Assembly: GCF_006345805.1 (NCBI RefSeq)
Contig: NC_043005.1
Location: forward strand, 28,148,001-28,212,000
Source: Octopus sinensis
Taxonomy: Eukaryota
DNA length: 64,000 nucleotides
Direction of reading: 5' to 3'
The notes below the pieces were generated by a model that made no database searches, was not told where the DNA came from, and saw only the letters and a program-made list of their open reading frames with translations. A program made the position numbers and the translations under genes. The first letter of the stretch is position 1, and every line of letters starts with the position of its first letter. Positions 12,390 to 24,137 of this stretch are shown here, in pieces.

Positions 12390-12790
12390 AAAGTGGCTGT
12401 GTGGTAAGTTGCTTGCTTACCAACCACATGGTTTCAGGTTCAGTCCCACTGCATGGCATCTTGGGCAAGTGTACTATAGCCTCGTGCCGACCAAAGCCTT
12501 GTGAGTGGATTTGGTAGATGGAAACTGAAAGAAGCCAGTTGTATATATGTATGTATGCATGTGTGTGTGTGTGTATATGTTTATTTACCTGTGTTTGTCC
12601 CACCAAAATCACTTGACAACTGATGTTGGTGTGTTTATGTCCCTGTAACTTGGCGGTTCAGCAAAAAGAGACCAATAGAACAAGTACTAGGCTTACATAG
12701 AATAAGTCCTGGGGTTGATTTGCTCAACTAAAGGCAGTGCTGCAGCATGGCCATAGTCAAAATGACTCAAACAAGTAAAAGAGTAAAACA
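12390..12790 (+). mobile_element. SINE family A
   Basis: Full-length copy. Confidence 0.85.
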
Positions 12791-13628
12791 AGCGAACCAC
12801 TGTACTACAGTAAGTTTAATTGTTGGGCCACATCAAGGTCATGAAGCTTTCTGACTGCATAAAAAATATGAAGTTGTCGATCATAAAAACCAGCAATAGC
12901 TCTAAATCTATTTGTCTCTTAGCAGCAGGTGATGCCTTTATGTTACCATGTTTGATGATATAAAAGATGCAATGGCATGTTAGATGTACCCCAATTTCAA
13001 CAGCACTTATTCAGGAAAAACAAATTTAGTGCATCATTGTAATAATTATCCTGACTTTGAATTTAAGACCAAGGGTGATTTTTTTAAAAATACATTTTTC
13101 AGAGAAAATTATATACCATCAAGTATGGTGATGGTGGTGACAGGGTTGGCTCAAGGTACCGGAAACTCGGACAGTCGCTGAGGGTGTCATGTGGTAGGTG
13201 GAAACAAGGAGGGTGTGATAAAGACAAGGAAATTTCCATGACCGTCAGCTTGTACATGCCGAAGTTCAGCTTTCCCAGGGCACCAGCAACCCTAGGGCTG
13301 GCCGTGGGTGGTGGTAGTATGGGTAGGTGAGGCAGGAATAGTAGAGAGAGGCAGACAGAAGGATTTGTGATATCTAGTTATCACTCTTTATGTTCTGAGT
13401 TCAATTTCCACCATGGCCAATTTCGTCTTTCACTCATCATCATCAATGTCCGCTTTCCATGCTGGCATCGGTTGGACGTTGATGTTATTGATATGTATCA
13501 GTAATATATTTGTATTTCAACTGCAGAGTACTATCATCATTTTTAGTATCACTGATATCATTTGGGAATGGTTGTATAAACGTTTTTGACCTGCAGCAAG
13601 GTCATGAGGATGGTAATTCAATACTCAC

Positions 13629-13683
13629 CTTTTTCTGAACAAAAGAAGATTTTCCTATGATCAGCCATATTTTTCACGTAAGA
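13629..13683 (-). CDS. Candidate 55-nt exon (SYVKNMADHRKIFFCSEK), unknown gene
   Basis: Strong acceptor TTAATTGTTTTCAG| and donor AAG|GTGAGTA; only one frame open. Confidence 0.35.
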
Positions 13684-13744
13684 CTGAAAACAATTAATAC
13701 TGCTTGCATGACAAGGACACTGTTGTCTGATGTCAAGACAAGGA

Positions 13745-14010
13745 AACACAAATTAACATCATTTCTTTCAAGCCTTCACAAATCCTCTGTAGTCAAAGCC
13801 TAAGTTTCACTGTCATGTAACATAACTGTACATATACAGGCATCATACAATCTGCCTTTCACTGAAGGAGAGCCTTTAATTACAGACAAAGAAGCTCTCT
13901 GAACTTTGCTCAGCCTATTCTTATTCTAACAACTATACTTTCAGAACTTCTTCCTCCACTGCTAACTTGGTCTCCAAGATAACAGAAGCTATCTACTACT
14001 TCTAATGACA
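13745..14010 (-). mobile_element. RTE-clade LINE internal fragment
   Basis: GCATCATACAATCTGC..ACTATACTTTC..GAGCATT shared with 61040-61250; RTE thumb-like region. Confidence 0.6.
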
Positions 14011-14194
14011 AGAGCATTTGAGGGAGTCTATTGCCAGCACATTTTTCGTCCTTGACTTCTTGTGATACCACTACACCTCTTATGCATCTAAAACTGGGTT
14101 CAACATATGGATTTCTACTAACAATCCTCTTACATTAGAAAATTACCATTTTTAAATCTCACAATGAGAGATATTCAGCAACAGTACTTTGGAG

Positions 14195-14430
14195 TAAAGA
14201 TTGTTTGCCAACATAACATGGCAGTCCTGGTTTAGGACGAATGTTGCTGTAATTTAGCCCCAGGAGACATCGTCTCCAGCTGGCTGTACGACACGATCTG
14301 TGTCCTAGTTTGAAAATATAAGGACACATCATTTCATATAGCCAGCTGGAGACAATGTCTCCTGGGGTTAAATTACAGCAACATTTGTCCTAAACCAGGA
14401 CTGCCATGTTATGTTGGCAAGCAATCTTTA
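14195..14430. repeat. Fold-back palindrome / MITE-like element 2
   Basis: ~93-bp arms with 5 mismatches, all transitions; TA at both ends. Confidence 0.9.
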
Positions 14431-14624
14431 ACATTCTTACATGTCGAGCAGAGCCATTTCCCTGAAGTTATGATGATATCTGTCTGTCTGTGTATGTATG
14501 AATGTATGTAAGTATACACACACACACACACACACACAAAAGTTTCATGAGGCTGAAACAAACTGTTTTCAATGATAATAATAATAATACTAATAATAAA
14601 AATCCTTTCTACTAAAAGCACAAA

Positions 14625-15020
14625 GCCTGAAATTTGGTGAAGGGGATTAGACGATTACATTGATCTCAATGCTTCATTGGTACTTAATTTATTAACCCCA
14701 AAAGAATGAAAGGCAAAGTCGACTTTGGCAGAATTTGAACTCATTATGTAAGGACAGATGAAATGCCACTAAGCATTTTGTTTGGCAGGCATTATGTTGT
14801 GCTTGAAGGCAGTGAGCTGGCAGAAATGTTAGCATACTGGGTGAAATGCTTACTGGCAATTCTTCTGTCTTTATGTTCTGAGTTCAAATTTCACCGAGGT
14901 TAACTTTGCCTTTCATCCTTTTGGAAGTCGATAAATTAAGTACCAGTTGCATACTGGGATTGATCTAATTGACTGGCCCCCTCCAAATTTCAGGCCCTAT
15001 GCCTAGAGTAGAAAAGAATT
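14625..15020. mobile_element. Two divergently oriented SINE family B copies
   Basis: Minus copy ~14625-14780, plus copy ~14805-15020 with tail 1 (CAAATTTCAGGCCCTATGCCTAGAG). Confidence 0.75.
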
Positions 15021-15349
15021 ATGTTGTGCTTGTCAATCCTACATATAATATATGCATGTATGTAGATAGATTGATAGGTATCTAGATAGATATTTGAATG
15101 GTCTTGCCCTGTCATTTATCTAGCAACCTCATTGGTGCTGGTGCTATGTAAAAAGTACTTAGTAGATTCTGTAAAGTGATTGGCATTAAGAAAGGTATCC
15201 AGTCATAGAAACTATACCAAAATAGACATCGGTACTTTGCTCAATCATCTGGTTTAGTGACTGACTGCATTTGAACCATCCAACTTATGCCAGCATAGAA
15301 TTGGACATTAAATAATGACGATGTGTGTTGTGCATGCATATATATATAT

Positions 15350-15475
<126 letters not shown>

Positions 15476-15719
15476 ATGTGCATGTGTTTGTGTGTATTAT
15501 GTTATGCAAAGATATACATGCATGCACGCATGCACACACACACACACACACACACGTCTCCAAGTTATTTCTGCTACACTCTACAAAGCACATGACATTT
15601 ACTCTGTTGCTGTAGTTGGTATTGTTGTTGTTGAGATCTGGCAAAAGCAAAAAAAAGCTTGTCTGTATATAAATGGGAGTGTATATACATGGAAATGTCC
15701 CAAATTATAACTGTCACAG

Positions 15720-16345
15720 CTAACAAGCAGTGCAGTGCTGAATTGGTGGTGACGGTGATGATGGTGGTGGTAATTGTGAAGATGGTTGTTGTAGTGATGG
15801 TGGTGGTAGTGATGAAGTGATGCTGGTTCTGAGGTGGTGGTGGTGGTGATACTAGTGGCAGTATGGATCAAAATGATGAATACAGTGGTAGGGCTGATGG
15901 TAATGGTGATGATTATGATGCTGCTGTTTCTGCTCTGCTGCTGCTGCTGGTGACAGTAGTGGTAGCGGTTGTGGTGATGTTTTGTTGCTGTTGTTGTTGT
16001 TGTTGGTGGTGGTGGTGACAGTTTTGATAGTGATGATGATGGTGATTGTGGTAATAACAAATGGAGTGTAAATGAAAATATATTGTAGTTATCACCCTTA
16101 ATTATTGCTTTTTCAGGGGTTAGGCATCCATAGAGGGAGTTTTTGTGCACTAAATGTAAAGCAAATCTCAGTCGAATGAAATTTTGCAACTTACTATATC
16201 ACATGTGTAAAAATCTACCAATCTATCTTTTCCAATGATGATGATGGTGATAAAGTTGATGGTAGTAGTGATAATGATGATGATGGAATTGTTGGTGGTG
16301 GTGGCAGTGGTAATGGTTGTGCTGAGAGAGATAATGACATAAATT
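15720..16345. repeat. (GGT/GAT/TGT/GCT)n trinucleotide low-complexity region
   Basis: Directly visible; source of His/Thr/Gln-rich spurious ORFs. Confidence 0.85.
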
Positions 16346-16552
16346 ATGGTAATGATGGATTAAATGTAATATCCACCGGAAAAGAGAAGATAAATAAATA
16401 TAAGATATATTTTTTTATATTTAACAGTCTTCATATATTTAGATTTCTAATTCAAGTATTTTATACCATAAATCAGATTTATTTTTATGTATTATGTTTG
16501 TTTATTGGACTCTCTCTCTAGAACCATGCATTAATCAATATATACTGTTTAT

Positions 16553-16930
16553 AAGGTGGTGACCTGGCAAAAATGTTAACATGCTGGGCAAAATGCTTAG
16601 CAAAGTTCATCTGTCTTTACATTCTGAGTTCAAATTCCACTGAGGCTGACTTTGCCTTTCATTCCTCCCCCAAAATTTCAGACCTTTTGCCTAGAGTAGA
16701 ATAGAATATTTGTTTTACATATGAAGGCAGCAAGCTGGCAGAAACGTTAGCACACCAGGTGAAATGCTTAGTGGTATTTCGTCTGTCTTTACATTCTGAG
16801 TTCAAATTCCACCAAGGTCGACTTTGCCTTTCATCCTTTCGCGGTCGATAAATTAAGTACCAGCTGTGTACTGGGGTCGATGTAATTGACTGGCTCCCTC
16901 CCCCCAAATTTCAGGCATCGTGTCTAGAAG
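16553..16930 (+). mobile_element. Two tandem SINE family B copies
   Basis: Heads at ~16553 and ~16725, both with tail 1. Confidence 0.75.
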
Positions 16931-17233
16931 AGAAAAGAAAAAAGAATATTCATGATATTTGCAAATTTAAATATGAAATCAAAAAGAATTTATCTGGTAT
17001 CTTCTATGGTTTTTGAACCTGTGCACTAATATTTCAATGATATGATTTTTGAATGCAGAATTTCCATAATGACAGTGCCCTCGCCAAGAACTTAAAACTG
17101 CTTCTTAGCAACTTTTGATTCACTCTGTAAGATATTTATTTCATATTCCATGCTCGACCTGTTGATGAGATTTTGGGTTTTGGCAGACGAAACCCAACTT
17201 TGATACACACAGGATTTTGTTGTATTTCTAATA

Positions 17234-17281
<48 letters not shown>

Positions 17282-18221
17282 TGTGTGTGTATGTGTGTGT
17301 TTATGTGTATATGCATGTGTATTTGTGTGTATCATCATCATCACCATTATCTTTTTAACGTGCACTTTTCAATACCTGCAAATTTTCCATGGTTGAATAC
17401 ACTTCATGTTACCAATCTTAATCTATTTCCGAGTGATATTTTCCCATGGCCAGATATGTATTCATAGGAGATCTAAAATGAACAAAACCGCTTGTATGTA
17501 GATGTTTATGACTATCACATGATATAAAGACTTAGAAAACCACCACCATGTATATGTATGTATGTATGTATACATACATACATATATACACGCATACATA
17601 CTGGTAATTATTTCTTTCAATTTGTGACAGCCAAATCCATTCAAAAGGCTTCAGTCAGCCCAGGGCTATTGTGGAAGACATTTACCCAAAGTACCATGCA
17701 GAGGGATTGAAACCTAAACAATGCAGTTGGAAAGTGAACTTGTTAACCCCCGCACACACTCACACAGACAAGGAAATTTTTAAGGATTTCTCAAAATATT
17801 GCAATGAAGCATTAGCTCATTGTGGTTTTATGGAGAAGATGCATTATATCAACTAATCCTATCAACTAGGATTAAGAAGAATAGTTCTAGGCATATTGTT
17901 TGGTAATACCTATAAGCAGAATCTTATTTTCTTTACTCAAGAAGCATTTTCCAGTAGAATGTAGGTATTATAAGATCTTTAACTAGAATTCTCTAAAATC
18001 ATCTTATTCTTCAATCCCTAACCTTGTGCAAAATATTATTTCTTTGAATATAGCTGAATTAACAAGTAGTAATAATAGTACTAATTGAATTGGCAGTAGG
18101 TATAAATACAATACAAATTTCAATTGTGTTTACAAGAATAATTGCCCTTCAGATAAGAATTGCCTAAATAATGATGTAGTTTATAAGTTTACATTAGCAT
18201 CCACTTTACTATTTTTTAATT

Positions 18222-18633
18222 CTTTTACTTGTTTCAGTCATTTGACTGTGGCCATGCTGGAGCACCATCTCTAGTCAAACAAATTGACACTAGGACTTAT
18301 TCTTTGTAAGGCTAGTACTTATTCTATCAGTCTCTTTTGCTGAACTGCTAAGTCATAGGGACGTAAACACACCAACATCGATTCTCAAGTGATGGTGGGA
18401 GAACAAATAGAAACATGCAAATACACACACACACATATATAAAGAAGCCCATTGTATATATATATATATATACACACACACACATGATGGACTTCTTTTA
18501 GTTTCTGTCTAGCAAATCCACTCACAAGGCTTTGGTTGAGGCTATAGTAGAAGACGCCCAAGGTGCTATGCAGTGGGACTGAAACCGGAACCATGTAGTT
18601 GGGAAGCAAGTGTCTTACCACACAGCCACTCCT
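18222..18633 (-). mobile_element. SINE family A
   Basis: Full-length reverse copy. Confidence 0.8.
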
Positions 18634-18941
18634 AGTAAATATTTGTTTCATATTTTGGTTCAAGACCAGCAACTTGAAGGGAGGGTGTAAATCAATGACA
18701 TTGATGCAGTGCTAAACTGATATTTATTTTATTAATCCCAAAAAAGGATGAAAGGCAAAGTCAACTCTGATAGTATTTGAACTCAAAATGCTAAGTTGAA
18801 AGAAATGCTGCTGAGCATTTTTTCTGGTGCAGAAATGATTCTGCCAGCTCACCACCCGTTTCACTAGTAAATATAGAGATTTAACAATCAACAGATTGAA
18901 ATTTCAAAATCACACAACACACAATCATCTCATTTTCAAAC

Positions 18942-19102
18942 CTGGCTATAAAGAAATATGACATTACTTTCTGTGTATATCTGGAACCTGAAAGATAAAA
19001 AAAAAACACTCAGTACAATATTCAATGGAAGGCCAAACCTTATAACAGTAATAAAAGACCTTACAATATATGTGCAATGGAAGCAATAAAGATCCCTTTT
19101 TG
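18942..19102 (-). CDS. Candidate exon pair (19065-19102 and 18942-18987) split by a 77-nt GT-AG intron
   Basis: Donor ATT|GTAAGG, acceptor TTTTTTTATCTTTCAG|; spliced frame QKGIFIASIAHILFQIYTESNVIFLYSQ; outer sites weaker. Confidence 0.25.
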
Positions 19103-19944
19103 CTAAGGATTCAGTCTCAAACAGGAATTCTGAACTTATATCAGCACATAAAGCATAACACCAACAAAGATTTGCTTTGCATTACAGTTCAAATATGTAC
19201 CGAAATCAATGATATTTCTGCTTCATTCGGGTTCTACACATTTTTGAAGTAGTAACTGTAATGAACTGGGACAGTATAGCTTGAATTTGTGTCATTTTCA
19301 TGTCTAAAATTTTGTGTATTAATGCTCATAAAGATTGTCTATTTAGATATAGTATGAAAATGTTCATGCTATATCTAAATAGTATGCTGCTGCTGCTGCT
19401 GATATATACATATACAATCCAATCTCTACATGTTCTGATTATTCACTTGTGCTCTACCCAACTTCAATACATACATACAAAGCTACATATATACATTAAT
19501 ACTGAATTCAATGCACATTTAAATATATCTGTACGCATGCATACACACAAAGAGATATGCTTACATTTACTGTCATACATTTGTATAAGTCACATAGATG
19601 CACACACACACACACACACACACATGCATATATATCATCATCATCAGCAGCAGCATATGTACATATACATATATGCATTGGAGCTTGGTGCAGCTGCTGG
19701 CTCTCCAAACCTCAGTCAAACTGTCCAACCCATATCAGCAAGGAACATGGATGTTAAACGATGATGATGATGATGATGATGATGAATGACCAGAGATGCA
19801 TAATTAAAAATTCAACAGAATCATTGACTACTTTGACATAAACAGAGACCACTCGAAAATTACACAACATTCAATGCTGAAGGCAATGTTTCAGTATGAC
19901 CTTAGGTAGCCTGGCTTCAATCAATTAAATCTTCCTCAAAAGAT

Positions 19945-20600
19945 ACATCATCATCATCATCATTGTTTAACGTCCGTTTTCCATGCTGGCATGGGATGGA
20001 CGGTTTGACTGGGGTCTGGGAAACTAGGAGGCTGCACCAGGCTCCAGTCTGATCTGGCAGTGTTTGTACAGCTGGATGCCCTTTCTAATGCCAACCACTC
20101 CGAGAGTGTAATGGATGCTTTTTACGTGCCACTGGCGCAGGGGCCAGAGGGGGCTGGCAACGACCATGATCGGTTGGTGTTTTTTACATACCCCCAAGCA
20201 CAGAAGCCAGTCAAGGTGGTGCTGGCTTCGGCCATGTTCGGAATGTGCTTTTTACATGCCACCGGCACGGGGATCACACCGACAATTTCCATTTGATTTT
20301 GGTTTTGATGTACTTGACTCAATAGGTCTCCTCAAGCCCAGCATGTTGCCCTACGATCCAAGGTACTTTTGAGTGGGCTGGGGCTGGTTATGCGACACAG
20401 GTGTAGGTTTCATTTTATTTGCCGGGTCTTCTCAGTCACAGCATATCTCCAGAGGTCCCGGTCATTCATCATCGCCTCTGTGAGGCCCAACATTCGAAGG
20501 TCATGCTTCACCACCCAATCTCATGTCTTCCTGGGTCTACCTCTACCCTGGATTCTTTCAACTGTTTGGGGGTGGCACTTCTTCACACAGCTCTCCTCAG
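19945..20600 (-). mobile_element. RTE-clade LINE 3' end with long UTR
   Basis: Minus translation GRGRPRKTWDWVVKHDLRMLGLTEAMMNDRDLWRYAV then UTR ending (GAT)n. Confidence 0.85.
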
Positions 20601-20679
20601 GTAAGATAATGTAGTTCTTGATAAACTTGGTGTGAAATTAGAGTGTTACTGCTGAAATGTCTTGGTCATGAGTCTTGCT

Positions 20680-20892
20680 AATCTTATTGACACTCACCCA
20701 CCTGAAACCACCCCTGCTCCTACGATACAAGCTTCTTGCTTTAAAGTGATGTGAATTTACAACCCTTTATCCAAATTTTATGTAAATTTAAGTTTCAAAT
20801 ACTAGTTTTAGTGACAGAATTATTTTGCTAAATTATTCATTATTTTAAAAATTAAGTGAAACTGTTTCAACAGAAATATGTTAAATGAGTTA
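20680..20892. mobile_element. piggyBac-type MITE, partial
   Basis: Related to 31780-31993 and ~43170-43345; ends GAGTTAA. Confidence 0.45.
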
Positions 20893-21102
20893 ACCAGGTC
20901 TGATCTGTGAATAAACAATGACAGGATTACCAAGTTTTCTCTAAATCACTTCTGTTTACATCTGCATTTAACTTCCCTTCTGTCTTTTTATCTGATAGCC
21001 TTTTGATCTTTCTTGTCCCTGAATCACTTTTAAAAAAACTGCCTCAAGTTCTACAGGCTCATGTAAGCTGGAGCCATTCAGTTAAAGGTTACCTCCACTG
21101 TT

Positions 21103-21315
21103 AACGTTAGCACGCCGGGCGAAATGCTTAGCGGTATTTCGTCTGCGTTACTTTGTGAGTTCAAATTCCGCCGAGGTCGACTTTGCCTTTCATCCTTTCG
21201 GGGTCGATAAATTAAGTACCAGTTACGCACTGGGGTCGATGTAATCGACTTAATACCTATGTCTGTCCTTGTTTGTCCCCTCTGTGTTTAGCCCCTTGTG
21301 GGTAATAAAAAAATA
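21103..21315 (+). mobile_element. SINE family B, tail 2, CpGs intact
   Basis: Body plus tail TCTGTGTTTAGCCCCTTGTGGGTAATAAA. Confidence 0.85.
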
Positions 21316-22214
21316 GGTATTAATTTTCAGTTGAGTAGACTGGAGCAACACGAAACAAATGTCTTGCACAAGGACACAATTTACCAGCCCAAGAATCAAA
21401 CCCAAAATCAATGACCGTGAGCCCAACGCCCCTATCTGGCTATGTCATCACTTTATCGTTTCTTAGTTTTACTTGTTTTTACTTCCGTATATCTCAACTA
21501 CCTAACTCTATCATCGCTCATTCGGCTAATACTACTATCTCGTCTAACGTCATCCTAAAATTTTTACCGTCTTTTCCTTCTTTTTACTACATGGGAGATG
21601 GACGTTAAACGACGACGATGACGATATATAATGCTTCGGTCTCACATATACAAACGTACATGAACGATATTGATATTAAACACAGAAACTTAGCCTCAAA
21701 TTTTGAGAAGAATAATGTTCGTTTCGATCAATTCTCGCATTCAGCTGTTACTTATTTTATTAACCATGGGGGAAAAGAAACGAAAAGCAGAGTAGGTGGG
21801 AACTGAACTCAAAATTTAATAACATCTGAGGTGTTTTGTCTCCAATGCGACTGACTGATTCTATCAATTTACAGCTCAGACACAAAATATTAACACACAC
21901 AGATATTCATACAATTACGCATAGCAGCTCTGACACGCACGCACGCACGTACACACACACAATTACAGACATAGCCATACTCACACATCTGTTGCAGACT
22001 TCACACACACACATCAACAGTCTTCCCTCCACTAACACCTTCGCTTCAGTTATTTTCTCTTTCAAAGTTGATCACTTTCCTGCTTCTCCCGTGTTTATTT
22101 TACTCCTCTCATTCTGTTTATATATTCTTCATTCTCTCTCTTTCCCTCTCTCTGTGTAACTTTTCCATCTTTTTCACACTTCTCTGTCAACTTTTATTAT
22201 TTACAAAAGCAAAA

Positions 22215-22790
22215 GCACGCCGGGCGAAATGCGTAGCCGTATTTCGTCTGCCGTTACGTTCTAAGTTTAAATTCCGCCTTTCATTCTTTCGGGGTCGATT
22301 AAATAAGTACCAGTTACACACTAGGGTCGATATAATCGACTTAATCCGTTTGTCTGTCGTTGTTTGTCCCCTCTGAGTTTAGCCCCTTGTGGGTAGTAAA
22401 GAAATAGGTATTTCGTCCGTTGCTCCGTTCTGAGTTCAAATTCCGCCGAGGTCGACTTAGCCTTTCATCTTTTTGGGGGTCGATAAATTAAGTACCAGTC
22501 AAGTAGTAGGATCGATGTGATCGACTATCCCCACTCCCCACAAATTCCAGGCCTTATTTGCAAAACCAGCGGGCTTATGTTTCGATAAGATTGCCAACCA
22601 GCGAATGGCAGAATCATTAGCGCATGCATAGCTGCATATCTTGCGGTTGTCAACGTTCTGAGTTCAAACATCGTCGAGGTCAATTTTGCTTTTCATCCTT
22701 TCGGGGCTGATAAAATAAAGTACCAGTCAAATATTAAGGGAAAAAATAATCGATTTATCCCTTCCCCCAAAATTGCTATTCTTGTTCTAA
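22215..22790 (+). mobile_element. Three tandem SINE family B copies
   Basis: Tail-2 copy to ~22410, fused partial tail-1 copy to ~22555, third copy ~22600-22790. Confidence 0.8.
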
Positions 22791-23478
22791 AATTTAAAAC
22801 CGTTATTCTATCTTTCACAACTAAGTTCTCACTCACTTTATTCTTCTCTCTTTCTCTCTCTTTCATTTATTTCTTTTTCGCTCTCTCTTTCTCTCTGTAT
22901 ATAATTCTTATCCATTTTTTCTCTGTATCGTCATACCTTAATCTTTTTCCTTCTTTTTACTTCCTTCTGGCTTTATACATTCTTTTCTTTTTCTCTCTTT
23001 ATAAGTTATCCTCTCTCTCTCTGTATATAATTCTCTAGCTTTACACTTATCTTTTCTACTCTTTACTGATTTATTCTCGCTCTCTCTCAATCTTTCACTC
23101 TCATTTCGCTATCTTTCCTTTATATCCCCATTTTACTCTCACTTTCACTCTTATTATTCTCTTTCTTTTTCTTTTCATATCGGTTCCTGATTTCTCTTGC
23201 CTCCCCACTGTGCGTGTATATATATATATATATATTCTGTCTCCTTTACTTTTTTCTCTACCTATTCCTCCGTTATTTGTCGCACACTTTTCTTTTTCTC
23301 CTAATTTACTCCACCTTTCTCCCTCCTCCTATATTTTACTCCTCCCTTTCACACTTGCCCTCCCCTCCTTCCCTGTGTGTGTGTGTGTACTTTGTATATA
23401 TGCTTGTGCGTGTATTATATACATATACATGTGTGTTTGTGACTCGACAACCCCTGTCCCTGTTGTAGCTGGTTTTAC

Positions 23479-23540
23479 CCAGGAAGAGTGTCAGTTGGCC
23501 AGACAATAACAGGCCAACAGCGTGGCCAACTCTCATCCAA
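23479..23540 (-). CDS. Candidate 62-nt exon
   Basis: Acceptor TTTATTTTTATCTCTCAG|, donor CTGG|GTAAAA; two open frames (MRVGHAVGLLLSGQLTLFL or LDESWPRCWPVIVWPTDTLP). Confidence 0.2.
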
Positions 23541-23881
23541 CTGAGAGATAAAAATAAACTATAAAACTTGGGGTCAAAGATCGACAAGTTTTATACCCTA
23601 ATCCTATGTGGTCATTTAAACATCCTGGACACATTTACGACAGGAACTTGAACAATTAGCTTGATATTTCACATGATCACACATCGTACTTCGTTGTTCT
23701 GTGATTATAACGAAAGTTATGGTAGTCTTATTAAAACAAGGGATCTATAATGTTAAAAAAGGTACACACGAAAAAAAGGATTAATTAATAATCATTTAAA
23801 AACAATAATTGTTGTAATTTATGAATTAACAAACCTAAAGAGACGAATTTTACTGAAGAAACAGCAATATTTAAGTGGAGG

Positions 23882-23937
23882 TATAAAGAGCTAATTAACC
23901 AAAACAGTTAATAAATTCCTCAACCATGGAGGTGAGT
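23882..23937 (+). promoter_or_regulatory. Candidate TATA / initiator / start codon / splice donor module
   Basis: TATAAAG at 23882, CAGTT at 23905, CAACC-ATG-GAG|GTGAGT (ATG at 23926) inside a CpG-retaining region. Confidence 0.3.
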
Positions 23938-24051
23938 AACAATGTTTACACAAACTTTTTGAAGGAAGAGCATGGGTAGACCTTAAACTTTCTGACGCCA
24001 ACTTCAAATAATGATTTAGTAATACATATATAAACACACATCCTGTTTTAG

Positions 24052-24137
24052 GAATTAAATTATTGTTAAACGTGTTTTATTAATTAAATTATTGTTAAAC
24101 GTGTTTTATGAATTAAATTATTGTTAAACGTGTTTTA
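24052..24137. repeat. 29-bp tandem repeat x3
   Basis: GAATTAAATTATTGTTAAACGTGTTTTAT, near-perfect copies. Confidence 0.95.

Noticed and set aside
15599-16189. 196-aa His/Thr/Gln-rich ORF
   Set aside because: Trinucleotide-repeat translation with no globular domain
20690-20745. Perfect GTGAGT donor and Rossmann-like ACIVGAGVVSG on minus strand
   Set aside because: Falls inside a piggyBac-type MITE fragment
21103-21180. tRNA-like heads of SINE A and B as tRNA genes
   Set aside because: A/B boxes present but no complete cloverleaf; they continue into SINE bodies
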